Shown here: one piece after another, positions 50,781 to 62,047 of the stretch | Numbering within the stretch: position 1 is the first letter of the stretch | Layout of the letters: each line of letters opens with the position of its first letter | Assembly (NCBI RefSeq): GCF_964188315.1 | Contig: NC_135667.1 | Location: forward strand, 21,142,001-21,206,000 | Direction: 5' to 3' | DNA: 64,000 nucleotides | DNA from: Podarcis muralis | Taxonomy: Eukaryota | Position numbers and translations under genes: made by a program | Notes under the pieces: generated by a model | The model's input: the letters and a program-made list of their open reading frames with translations, nothing else | Told to the model about the DNA's origin: nothing | The model's database searches: none

Positions 50781-53700
50781 CCCTCGGCCTCTGCCAGCGC
50801 CTCCTTCCCTCCCTCGGCCTCGGCAAGGATCCGGGACGGGGCGCACGAGCCCTGGCAAGTGAGCATCCTCCTCGCAATTCCCGCTGCCTGCTGCCAGGCG
50901 GACACCGTCGAGCATCTTCGCTGGACGCTCCCTGGGCGATGATGACTCGGTAGTCCTGACACCCCCCCCCCCCCGCCCTGTGAGGTCGGCCAGTCAGTCT
51001 TCTACCCCCATTGCTGCGCGCGGCTGAGGGGCACGAGGGGAGGGGAGGGGAGGGATGGCGCCTCGCAGAAAGCCGTGCGCGGAGGTTCTCTCTCAGGTCC
51101 TCTCCTGCGGGGGGTGAGGGTGGAAACTACGACCCAAATCGAACCAAATGGGTCGCTCCTTTGCCCGCCAGGCCAGTTGCCGGCAGGACTGCAGATGCGG
51201 GAGAGAGGAAGGATCAGTCCATCCAGCTGAATGGGGGCATTTGGCCCTCGGCGTCCTCTCACCAAGGGACTCCCAGGAAACTTGGCTGGCAAGAAAGAAG
51301 GGGGGCGGGTCCTTGTGGGGATCAGGACTGGCGAAGCAGCAGGAAAGCAGAGACCGTTCTCCCCATTCCAAGTCACCCAAAAGGGGAACATATTGAGGGT
51401 GGGGCTGAGAATCTAGTTCAGTTTACTTAAAAATACGCAGGACTGAAGAGTTCATGGAAGGCCTAACAGGTTTATGGAAATCAACAAAGGAGCAGATTTC
51501 AAGCAACAACTTGGAACATGAAAAGAAAGAACAACGCTTACCCAATCTATAGTTCAGCCCATCTAATTAGTGAAGTTAAATATATGTGGGAAGCAGACTG
51601 GATTATTAGAAATATATTTTAGGTTACTAAACTGCAGCCCAGTTCCAAACTGACCATTTCCTACCCACCCTGAAATGAGAAAGAAGAATTTTGTTTAATT
51701 GCTTATTTGTTAATTAGGATTCATGGGGAAATGGTCCAGTTTGGAACTGAGCCCCAGTTCAGTAGCCTAGAAATTACTATGTGTTGAGAGTGCAAAGTTG
51801 GAGGCAGCAGGGAGCCCTCAAGACTGTCCTGGAAGGAACTCCAGGGGATGAGCAACCAGGGATGATAAATTGACACCTTCGCCACAGACTGCAAGCAATG
51901 GTTCATTTCCTGTGTTCACCAAAGTGGGTGGTCATTATAGGTGTCCAAGGTGGGTCACCTACACATACATTCCTATCCACACCAAACCAAATGGTTATTA
52001 GAGGTCATTATGCAGGCCATTATGCAGGGACCTGCCCATGTATTCCTATCCAAACACAGACATACACTTTTGGTGCACACTTATGAGTGGCAGAGTGGGT
52101 GTAGGCCACATCTATGAGAAGGTGGAAGTGTGAGTGGCAGCAGAATTCCCCGGTTCAGCTAACCCAGAAGCTAAAAGAAGAGGATCGTCTGTGACCTTGC
52201 AGGCCATTTCTCCCCTTGTCCACCAAAGGCTGAGCATGGAAGCCAGGCAAGAAGACACCTGCAGAAGAGTCTCTTGGGAGGGCAGCTGTGGGGGTAATGT
52301 GGGGCTGGTGCTCTATGCAGGCTGGCCATACTGGGGGAGGGAAGGAGGAGGAGAAGGCGTGAGCACTTTGGGGCATCACAATTTTGCATGACACCCCCCC
52401 CCCAAGAAGACAGGATGTCCCAGACTGTTGACGGGTATGTGCCAGCCACAGACCCTCTAGGTGAGTTTTGCAGACTACCAATTGGGAACCGCTGATCTAC
52501 AGTATTCCAAGTGTTTTTGCACCACAGATTTGTAGAATGGCATTCTGGGAGCCACAGTCTTGTTTTTAAATGCATGTTCAAGTGACCCCCACCCAGCACG
52601 GAATGGGCCTTTTTCACAGCTGCAGAACACAGGGTTGGCCTTTTCATCCAGCTCTCCACTACCATCTTAAGGTCTCGATCCAGATTGGCCACTGCCAGTT
52701 CAGACCCAGGAATATATATGTGTGGAGTTAAGATATGTCTTTTTGCATCACAGAATCATAGAGTTGGAAGGGATCCCGAGGCTCATCGAGCCCAACCCCC
52801 AGCAAAGAAGGAATCTCAGCTGAAGAATCCCAGACAGATGGCCAGCCAACCTCTGCTTTAAAGTCTTGTTGTGCAAACCACAGGGGTGTGGGGCCTCCCC
52901 CCAAGTCTTGTGGCCCCTCCCACTTCTGTGTAGGCAGCGCTAGTTGGGCTCAGTAAGCAACTACCCTCTTGGCTGAAGAGGTAGAAAAAACAATCTGGGC
53001 AGCTTGGCAGGTCCCAAGCCCAGACCAGGAGGCTCTTGCTTCAAGGACCCTTCCCTCAGGCCATGAGCCCGCTGCTTGGAAGGGCGCATCATTGCAAGGA
53101 AATATGCAGCTCCTCCTAACTGACTGATATTCCAAGGACCAAATGAGAGTAGCAGCACTTCACCTCTGGTGACTGAACAACCTCTGATATCGTTCCTTGT
53201 TCTCTTCAGCCAGTTTTGGCCAAACCACACTGTGTTTCTTTTCTGATGCAGGTTCTTCTGACACAGAGGGGACATGGGACTCCCTGGAAGACATGGGAAG
53301 CGAGAGCCTTCTGCAGGGGCAGGTGGGCAGGGTCCTAGACTGCTCTGATCTACAAGAGACATCCAAATCCTTACAGGGGAAGCTGACACCTTCAGAATTA
53401 TGCAGCACAAAGGTTTTACTTTTGTCATGAACTTGCTAGGCAGTCTTAGGCAAGCCACTCTCCATTTCAGCTCCTTTCTCCCATGTTCAACATGAGCAAA
53501 ATAATGTTCGCATTCCTGCATTGTGGAGGTTGGACTGGGTGCTCTTATTCAGTTAGTTAGCCTCTTTTGTCCACCATGTTGTCTCCATTGCAGTGGTTCT
53601 ATGAGGTAGCAAGATGGCTGCCTTGCCACCTCCTATTTCCATAATAATTAATTTTTGTACCTCTTCCAACTGACTGGGTTGTTCCAGCTACTCTGGGTGA

Positions 53701-54629
53701 CTTACTAAAGAATTATTGGGCAGAGCCCATGACTGTTCGAGTGTTATAGTAGTGTTTTGAATGTACAGTCGTACCTTGGTTTTCAAACAGCTTATTCCTC
53801 AAATGTTTTGGTTCCCGAACATTGCAAATCTGGAAGTGAATGTTCCGGTTTCCAAACGTTTTGGAAGTTGAACGGATTCTGGAATGGATTCCATTCGACT
53901 TCCAAGATACGACTGTGTAGAGCCGGTGTGGTGAAGTTGGTGGTGTGTGGTTTGAAGACATTTGGAAATAATAGAGAAAATGCAGCAAAAAAAATAAGAC
54001 TATCTCCTGGCCAGCCAGAAAATGGGAAGCCCCATTAAATTAATCAATATGAAATGTTTAATTGGATTGTTTTTATTTTTTTTATTTTGGATATGACATG
54101 GCAAGATTTGAGATGTTATTAATGAAAAAATAATAAAAATTTATTTATTTATTTATTTATTTTAAAAGAGGCCAATGAGAATCCTTGTCTCCTCTTCTGG
54201 TGAGCCTCCAGCTTGGGTCCTGGGCATTGCCGGTTAAAGGGAAGCCCTTCTCAAGAAGCAAAACGGTGTTTCCTGCCATCTTGGGCCCCTCCAGGGCTGC
54301 AAGCTCCCCTGCTATAGAGATATTCCCCCGTGGAAGGGGCATTCCCGGGAGGTGGTGGACTCTCCTTCCTTGGAAGGTTTTAAGCAGAGGATGGATGGCC
54401 GTCTGCCAGGGACGATTGCGGGGGTTGGTCTAGATGACTCTTGAGTGTCCCTCCCAACTCCATTATTTACCCGCACCCCCCACCCCGTTCAGCCTAAATA
54501 GACTCCGGGAGAGCAGTGAGAGCTAAAAGCAGGTTTATTGAGGGCGGGGGGGGGGGGACGTGGTCGAGGCTGCCACGTCCAGGCGGCACTTCTGCGGAGG
54601 GCGCCGGCTCCTTCTCTGGCCTAGCGGTA

Positions 54630-55157
54630 TTAGAGCACCGCGTTGACGATGAGAGCAGCCTGGCGGAAGATGCTCGCTTCCTCCTCGGTGTCTTGGTTCG
54701 GCAGCTGCGGGAGAGGCGAAGGCGGGGGAGCGTTAGAGAGAACGGAGCGGCGCGAAGGGGCGAAGGAGGGACCCACGTCTGGAGCCCCCGCCCGACGGGG
54801 AGGGAGAGAGACTCACCCTGGAGTTGACGGGGTCCGCCAGCAGGTTCTGGGTGGGCAGGGCGCTAGGGTTGTCGAAGGCGCTGCCGAATGAGTTCACTAT
54901 GATGCTGCAGATTATCTTGGAGCTGTACTCCCCCAAGGTGACGATTCTAGGGGAGGAGGGGGAGAAGAAGGTCAGCTTGCGGGAAACGAGAGTAAAGAGG
55001 AGACGGGCCGGGCCATGGCCTCGCCACCGGGAGAGGGTCCCTGCCCGACGGGGCGGGCTTACCTGGGCACAGTCCGGGCGCCGATGTCTGCGGAACGGGA
55101 CGGGATCTCGGCCCAAACGGGCTGCACGTGGCTCTGGTTGACTCCGCTCAGCGCCAT
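54630..55157 (-). CDS. Alpha-globin-derived heme-less mini-protein, copy 2 (99 aa, 3 exons)
   Basis: Exons 55157-55063 (95 nt), 54946-54817 (130 nt), 54704-54630 (75 nt). Exons 1-2 encode the same protein as copy 1; exon 3 is LPNQDTEEEASIFRQAALIVNAVL*, followed by TAC CGC TAG (YR*). Confidence 0.8.
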
Positions 55158-55200
55158 CCTGCCAGCTCAACCTCTTGGTGCCGTCGGAGCAGGGGCAGCA

Positions 55201-55238
55201 CTTTTATCACCGCCCGCCCTGCCCCCCGGGTGGCGTCT
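55201..55238 (-). promoter_or_regulatory. Globin-like proximal promoter, copy 2
   Basis: GATAAAAG (55208-55201), GC box and CACCC at the same spacing as copy 1. Confidence 0.65.
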
Positions 55239-57236
55239 CCCTCGGCCTCTGCCAGCGCCTCCTTCCCTCCCTCGGCCTCGGCAAGGATCCGGGACGGGGC
55301 GCACGAGCCCTGGCAAGTGAGCATCCTCCTCGAAATTCCCGCTGCCTGCTGCCAGGCGGACACCGTCGAGCATCTTCGCTGGACGCTCCCTGGGCGATGA
55401 TGACTCGGTAGTCCTGACACCCCCCCCCCCGCCCTGTGAGGTCGGCCAGTCAGTCTTCTACCCCCATTGCTGCGCACGGCTGAGGGGCACGAGGGGAGGG
55501 GAGGGGAGGGATGGCGCCTCGCAGAAAGCCGTGCGCGGAGGTTCTCTCTCAGGTCCTCTCCTGCGGGGGGTGAGGGTGGAAACTACGACCCAAATCGAAC
55601 CAAATGGGTCGCTCCTTTGCCCGCCAGGCCAGTTGCCGCCAGGACTGCAGATGCGGGAGAGAGGAAGGATCAGTCCATCCAGCTGAATGGGGGCATTTGG
55701 CCCTCGGCGTCCTCTCCCCAAGGGACTCACAGAAAACTTGGCTGGCAAGAAAGAAGGGGGGCGGGTTCTTGTGGGGGATCAGGACTGGCGAAGCAGCAGG
55801 AAAGCAGAGACGGTTCTCCCCATTCCAAGCCACCCAAAAGGGGAACATATTGAGGGTGGGGCTGAGAATCTAGTTCAGTTTACTTAAAAATACGCAGGAC
55901 TGAAGAGTTCATGCAAGGCCTAACAGGTTTATGGAAATCAACAAAGGAGCAGATTTCAAGCAACAACTTGGAACATGAAAAGAAAGAACAACGCTTACCC
56001 AATCTATAGTTCAGCCCATCTAATTAGTGAGGTTAAATATATGTGGGAAGCAGACTGGATTATTAGAAATAATTTTAGGTTACTAAACTGCAGCCCAGTT
56101 CCAAACTGACCATTTCCTACCCACCCTGAAATGAGAAAGAAAAATTTTGTTTAATTGCTTATTTGTTAATTAGGATTCATGGGGAAATGGTCCAGTTTGG
56201 AACTGAGCCCCAGTTCAGTAGCCTAGAAATTACTATGTGTTGAGAGTGCAAAGTTGGAGGCAGCAGGGATGCCCTCAAGACTGTCCTGGAAGGAACTCCA
56301 GGGGATGAGCAACCAGGGATGATAAATTGACACCTTCGCCACAGACTGCAAGCAATGGTTCATTTCCTGTGTTCACCAAAGTGGGTGGTCATTATAGGTC
56401 TCCAAGGTGGGTCACCTACACATACATTCCTATCCACACCAAACCAAATGGTTATTAGAGGTCATTATGCAGGCCATTCTGCAGGGACCTGCCCATGTAT
56501 TCCTATCCAAACACAGACATACACTTTTGGTGCACACTTATGAGTGGCAGAGTGGGTGTAGGCCACATCTATGAGAAGGTGGAAGTGTGAGTGGCAGCAG
56601 AATTCCCCGGTTCAGCTAACCCAGAAGCTAAAAGAAGAGGATCGTCTGTGACCTTGCAGGCCATTTCTCCCCTTGTCCACCAAAGGCTGAGCATGGAAGC
56701 CAGGCAAGAAGACACCTGCAGAAGAGTCTCTTGGGAGGGCAGCTGTGGGGGTAATGTGGGGCTGGTGCTCTATGCAGGCTGGCCATACTGGGGGAGGGAA
56801 GGAGGAGGAGAAGGCGTGAGCACTTTGGGGCATCACAATTTTGCATGACACCCCCCCCCAAGAAGACAGGATGTCCCAGACTGTTGACGGGTATGTGCCA
56901 GCCACAGACCCTCTAGGTGAGTTTTGCAGACTACCAATTGGGAACCGCTGATCTACAGTATTCCAAGTGTTTTTGCACCACAGATTTGTAGAATGGCATT
57001 CTGGGAGCCACAGTCTTGTTTTTAAATGCATGTTCAAGTGACCCCCACCCAGCACGGAATGGGCCTTTTTCACAGCTGCAGAACACAGGGTTGGCCTTTT
57101 CATCCAGCTCTCCACTACCATCTTAAGGTCTCGATCCAGATTGGCCACTGCCAGTTCAGACCCAGGAATATATATGTGTGGAGTTAAGATATGTCTTTTT
57201 GCATCACAGAATCATAGAGTTGGAAGGGATCCCGAG

Positions 57237-58230
57237 TGTAGTAACGTTCCACTCGCCCACGCTACCCTTCCATCACCCGACTCTGCTCTCCGGCCAGTCC
57301 AGGTTTCTTGAGTAGGTTAGCGAGGGAGTTACTTTTCACAAACACAGGCCGAAATCACACCGGTAGGGCTGCCACCACTCCCTTTAGTTCAGGGGAACCC
57401 AAAGACACAATCCAGGGAGAGGACTGTGTCCAATTTAACCTGGCAATTCCCCCCCTCCACAAGCTGAATCCACAGACTTGCAGACAGAAATTCTTCGGTA
57501 GAGCGTAACTAAGCGGAAGGCTAGGATTTAGCTATTCCCTTGGAAAAGGCACAAATACCAACAGGCTCTAATATAAAAGTTTATTTTAAAAGAATAACTG
57601 AAAACATGTTGAAAACCAACAGGCACATCTTAGAAGTCTTACAAACATAAAATAACAACGTTGTACACTATAACTAGCTGTTACATACTCGCAAAGGAAC
57701 ACAGATAAAGTTGTGAGAGTCCTTTCAAGCTGTTGCGTAATGGAGCTGTTTGAGGATTTCCATTTCAAAAGGACGTAACGACGGCTATCGGTGGAAGTTA
57801 CAGCCGGGCATCTTTGCAAGTTGCAGAGCAATGGCAGAGAGCAATTCACAAACAATTCCTTGATCCTTTTATTTACAATTCTGACTTGGCGTCGTAACTT
57901 TTAGCCAATCAAGAGTCTTAATTTGATTAGCTCACTCTTTTGCAGCTGGGTCAGTTTTAGGTTTGAACCCTTAATCAAAGAATCTTCCTCCCACCTGTGG
58001 AAATTAACCAGATCCCCAATTCTCAGCAATTTGAAAACAAACAACCTCCGGGAAGGAGGAAGAGATTCACACCACCAGCCCAGGTGTCAAACCTTTCATT
58101 AATCAAGGACCCCTTTCCTCCTATAAACCTCTCATGGCAAGGAGCCAAAAAGTCTGGGGTTAAAGATACACAGCTCCCTTTCCCAGGGTCCTTGCGGCTG
58201 ACAAAGCCACTTCCGGGCATGCCCCAGGAG
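57237..58230 (-). mobile_element. LTR (ERV/Gypsy type), 3' part, interrupted by the Ngaro element
   Basis: Minus strand reads GATTGG, then GTAAATAAAAGG (TATA-like), AATAAA (~57580), a long U5 and a ...TACA terminus at 57237; no PBS follows. Confidence 0.6.
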
Positions 58231-60041
58231 GTGGGGTTGCGGGCATCACGCCCTCCCCACGTGAGCGGGGGCTGGGTGCAGCCCCCGCGAGAGCAGGGGA
58301 ATCCCGGCCGTCCACGCCTCCCGGCCAGCCAATCGGCTGGCCGGGGGGGGGCGTGGCCTGCCCTATTTAGGGCCGGAGCGGAGGGGGCTCGCCCTCTCTT
58401 CTCCGGCTAGCCACCAGGTTTTTGCCAGCTGATTTTGCTATTGCGGAAACTACTCAGCCACGTGGATCATCGGACGGCAAGCTTTAGCCTGCTGAAACGG
58501 AGTTGCGATTAATTTTGGATTGGCGTGTGTGGATCGTTTTTCCCGCCGTTATTTTTCGGGAGCCTTGCTGAGCTACCGCTGCGGAGCGGAGCTAGCCTTT
58601 CTTTCCAGCGCCGCTACAATTTTTAGGAGATTTTTGGCCAAGCCGCGACTGCGCTGTTGTAAACAGCTGACTGGCGGGATCGCAGCCGTCCCTTGGTCAC
58701 CTCAGCTACCGGCAGCGCACACGCAGCCTTCCGCACGCCATCAGAGCGCTCAGTCGGCTTACCACACTCGCTGCCCCAGGGTCGCCCAGCCTTCGGATTG
58801 CTCAGCCGCCAGCCTTGGTACTTCGCGAGGGACACCCACCCCATACTCCTGGAGGACTGCGCTCACGTCGGATCAGGTCTGCTAAGAGCGTAGGGGGGGA
58901 TTGCGCTGCTCCCGGGGCCAGAGGCTTGAAGCGCCGGCGAGGGGAGGCGGTCAGTTTAGCTCACGGTTTTAGCCAGTAATTTTAGCTCACACTGCCTGGG
59001 CAACAATATTCCTAGGCGGGGGGGTTTCGAATTGCTACACTCACGCAGTGCCCCCCTTTCTCAGTTGAGGCTAGAGTAACAGCGCTTCTGAATTTCTGAA
59101 TTGAGCTGTTCTGTTGCTAGGCGACGAGTCCGCACGCGGCCATTTAAAAAAAACAGCCCACGTGGCCAGCCGGCGGTCGCCATCTTGCCATAGGCAGCAG
59201 CGCCTGGGAAGTTAGCAATCCTAGTGGGAAGCATAGCGGCGGTAATAATTAATTACAACGCGCAGAGTCTGCATTATTTACAGCCGCGCCTGCTATCACC
59301 GTTTGCGTTCAATTGCCTTTAATTGTGCTATTTTGGAAAGTCATTCTACGGAGGACAACTTAGGTGGGGGGTTCCATTCAGCGCCTTCCCGGTTAGTGCA
59401 GCGGCCATCTTTATAGTCACGTGGCCAGCTGCAAGGGCAGCCATCTTGCCAGGGGCAGTCGAGCGTGGGAGGTGCTTGAGCACAGTGCTCTGCTTGGGGT
59501 TTCCTTTGTTGCTGCCTGCCTGCTAGCCGCATAAGATCTAACCCGGCTGCGCCATCATTGGCTTGTAGTTCATATAGATCCCGCTCATATAATTTATCAG
59601 AGCAGTTTAATAAAGGCTTTAGCGTTCTTTGGTGCTTACTCATTTGGATGATAATCGATTGACTGTTTTAATTAAATTTCTGGATTCAGATAAGACAATT
59701 TAGCTGGCATTTAATTAGGGGCTGAATTTAAATAAGTCATTTAAGGTGCTATAATTAGTTTTACAAGAGTGTCTAGTCGCATTTCAAGTGCTTTCTCTGC
59801 AGTCACAATTTATTGACATTATCAGGTGGAGTTACCCTTCAGTGGGACCAAACGAGGCGCTGCATAAAGCAATTTGGCCAGTGCTGCTTTACTGTTTATT
59901 ACTTTGTATTACATTGTATATATTCTTTACCTCACTTTATTTGATTACCTCACTTTATTTTACTTTGCTGCTGCTGCATTTAAATAAATTCTAATTTAGT
60001 TTAGACATAAATTAAGAAGGGTAATTAAGGGGCAATAGGAA

Positions 60042-60042
60042 A

Positions 60043-60081
<39 letters not shown>

Positions 60082-60082
60082 G
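60042..60082. repeat. (TAAA)n microsatellite within the element's 5' leader
   Basis: Direct reading. Confidence 0.95.
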
Positions 60083-60451
60083 TAAATAACCACCCTTAGT
60101 CCCACTCTGCTTCCTGCGGATTCCGGCCTTTAGACCTTAGTCTGATTTCCTTCCTGCCTTTAAAGCAGGACTGCTTTGTTTCATTTGGACATTAGGGCAC
60201 ATTGGGACAGTCCCTGCTTCCTGACTGCAGCGACCCCCCTTGCCTTTTAGAAAGCACTGCAACGCTTTACAGACAATTAATACTCAAATTACAAGGTTGT
60301 ACTGGTGCACGCAATATTGAACTGGTTCAGGTGTATTTAATTATCTTCCCTTGAAGTTTTGCCAGTGCAGACAGTGCTGAGCTACGCGTATTAGCTGAAC
60401 TAAGGGGCCGGTGTTTCATTGATCAAGGTAGGCAACAGTCTAGATCACATC

Positions 60452-62047
60452 ATGTCTGGTCAAGGAAACCAAGCAAATCCCACTGCATCTGGGGGGCCTA
60501 ATGGGAATCAGGAGGATCCACAACCCTTTATAATCCCAAGTAACCCTCAAGCCTTGGCAGAGTTTTTCACTGCTTTCCAGGATTTCTATAGGAACAGGTC
60601 CTCTGGACAAGTGGCAGCGGCACCGCCAGCAACAGTGGCAGGGGCACCATTGGCACCAGTGCTATCGCCAGCAGCACCGATGGCAGCGGCACCAGCGGTG
60701 GCAGTATCGGTGCCAGGGGTATCGAGAGCGTTCACACAGGACTTCATTCCGGATACACAGCCCAACGAGGTGCAGCTTCCCGGCACTTCGGCGGTCACGG
60801 TGGCAGCTCTGAAGGCGGCCAAGGAGTCAACACCTCGGCCCAAAAGGAATACCCGGGCACAGTCGGCCGCCCCGACCAAGGCAAAAGGGGCCCCAAGGGG
60901 GGGTAAAAAGGGTAAGGCTTCTGTGCATTGTCCAGGGGCGGCTAATCTGCAAAAGGATCCAGGTGTTCCAAGTCTCTTTCAGAACCCACCACCGCAGGCG
61001 GCAGCAGTCGAAGATGCATCGAGTTCTACCGACGAAGAAGCCCCAGGGCCGCAAGCAGCACAGGCGACCACAGTGCCGGATCAAGCCATACCCGAGGCCC
61101 AGTCAGGGAAGAGGAAGGAGAAGAGAAAACACACCTCAAAGAAGAGTAAGAAGAGTAAGCATTCGGACTCAGAGGAGGATTCAGGTACCTCTTCTTCTTC
61201 TGATTCGGATAGCGATGTCCCCAGGGAGGAGTACTGGGGTCACGGGGAGGATTGTGTGGGTCTTCCTTTATGGGTACATGAGAGAAGGGCCAATTCCTAT
61301 AGAAAATCATTTAATGGGACCCTTGAGTGGAAGAACGGCGCCTTGGTACAGGATGTTAAAACGTCCACTAATCTGTCTACGGACGTTATCGTAGGCGCTC
61401 ACTTATCTCAAAAAAAGAGGAATAAGATCCTCAACGGGGAGTATATAGATATATTCAGATTGCTACCTCCAGCAAAGATTATGGGTAGAGGGGAAAAGAG
61501 GCGCCAGCATGGTAGACGCAAGTACAGGACACCTAGAGCGGAACGCACTTTTGACAACTGGATGGACGGGTCCCAGGTGTTCATGGGCGTCGTCAGCGCG
61601 GCTTATCCGAAGCGCGCGATGCATTTGATTGCGTACCAGTCTCATGTTAGGAGGGCGCGGGATTTAGCAGGAGATATTGCTGCCATTAATTATGATGAAG
61701 ACTTCCGTAGAAATGCGTCGCTGTTGTCATCCACCCGCTGGGATCTGAGGGACCAAAACTATTGGTCAGAGCATGTGGGCCCCTTCGTTGAGAAGAAGCC
61801 TCAGGAGTCCTCAAAACCTTGGAAGACCGCTGCGAAGCAGAGGCGACTGTGTTGGGAGTACAACAAGGGGGTTTGTGCACGGGCTGTTTGTAAGTACAGC
61901 CACGAGTGCGATAAGTGTCTGGGTAACCACCCAGCCACTGCCTGCGTTAAAGGGAGGCAGCCCTTTCGGGGTGGGAGAGGTGCATACAACCAGGGACCTA
62001 GGGGTGGCCACGGAGCACCATTTGGACCCCAGGGAAACAGGCAGTAA
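60452..62047 (+). CDS. Ngaro gag-like ORF1
   Basis: First ATG 60452 (MSGQGNQANP); Ala/Pro-rich, K/S/D-rich middle, C-terminal Cys/His knuckle CWEYNKGVC...CKYSHECDKC..NH...C and RGG-rich tail; uninterrupted. Confidence 0.88.
   Translation: MSGQGNQANPTASGGPNGNQEDPQPFIIPSNPQALAEFFTAFQDFYRNRSSGQVAAAPPATVAGAPLAPVLSPAAPMAAAPAVAVSVPGVSRAFTQDFIPDTQPNEVQLPGTSAVTVAALKAAKESTPRPKRNTRAQSAAPTKAKGAPRGGKKGKASVHCPGAANLQKDPGVPSLFQNPPPQAAAVEDASSSTDEEAPGPQAAQATTVPDQAIPEAQSGKRKEKRKHTSKKSKKSKHSDSEEDSGTSSSSDSDSDVPREEYWGHGEDCVGLPLWVHERRANSYRKSFNGTLEWKNGALVQDVKTSTNLSTDVIVGAHLSQKKRNKILNGEYIDIFRLLPPAKIMGRGEKRRQHGRRKYRTPRAERTFDNWMDGSQVFMGVVSAAYPKRAMHLIAYQSHVRRARDLAGDIAAINYDEDFRRNASLLSSTRWDLRDQNYWSEHVGPFVEKKPQESSKPWKTAAKQRRLCWEYNKGVCARAVCKYSHECDKCLGNHPATACVKGRQPFRGGRGAYNQGPRGGHGAPFGPQGNRQ

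Larger units (their letters stand above)
48405..52865. repeat. Tandem segmental duplication, unit 1 (period ~4461 bp)
   Basis: 48405-52780 is co-linear and near-identical to 52866-57236; paired ORFs in the track are offset by 4457-4461. Confidence 0.97.
52866..57236. repeat. Tandem segmental duplication, unit 2
   Basis: Co-linear with 48405-52780; ends at gggatcccgag where an LTR begins. Confidence 0.97.

Noticed and set aside
52171-52692. 173/178-aa ORF in both units (56612-57148)
   Set aside because: The frame differs between copies at a G-run, it overlaps a hAT-like fragment (CAGCGGTTCCCAA) and has no recognisable domain.
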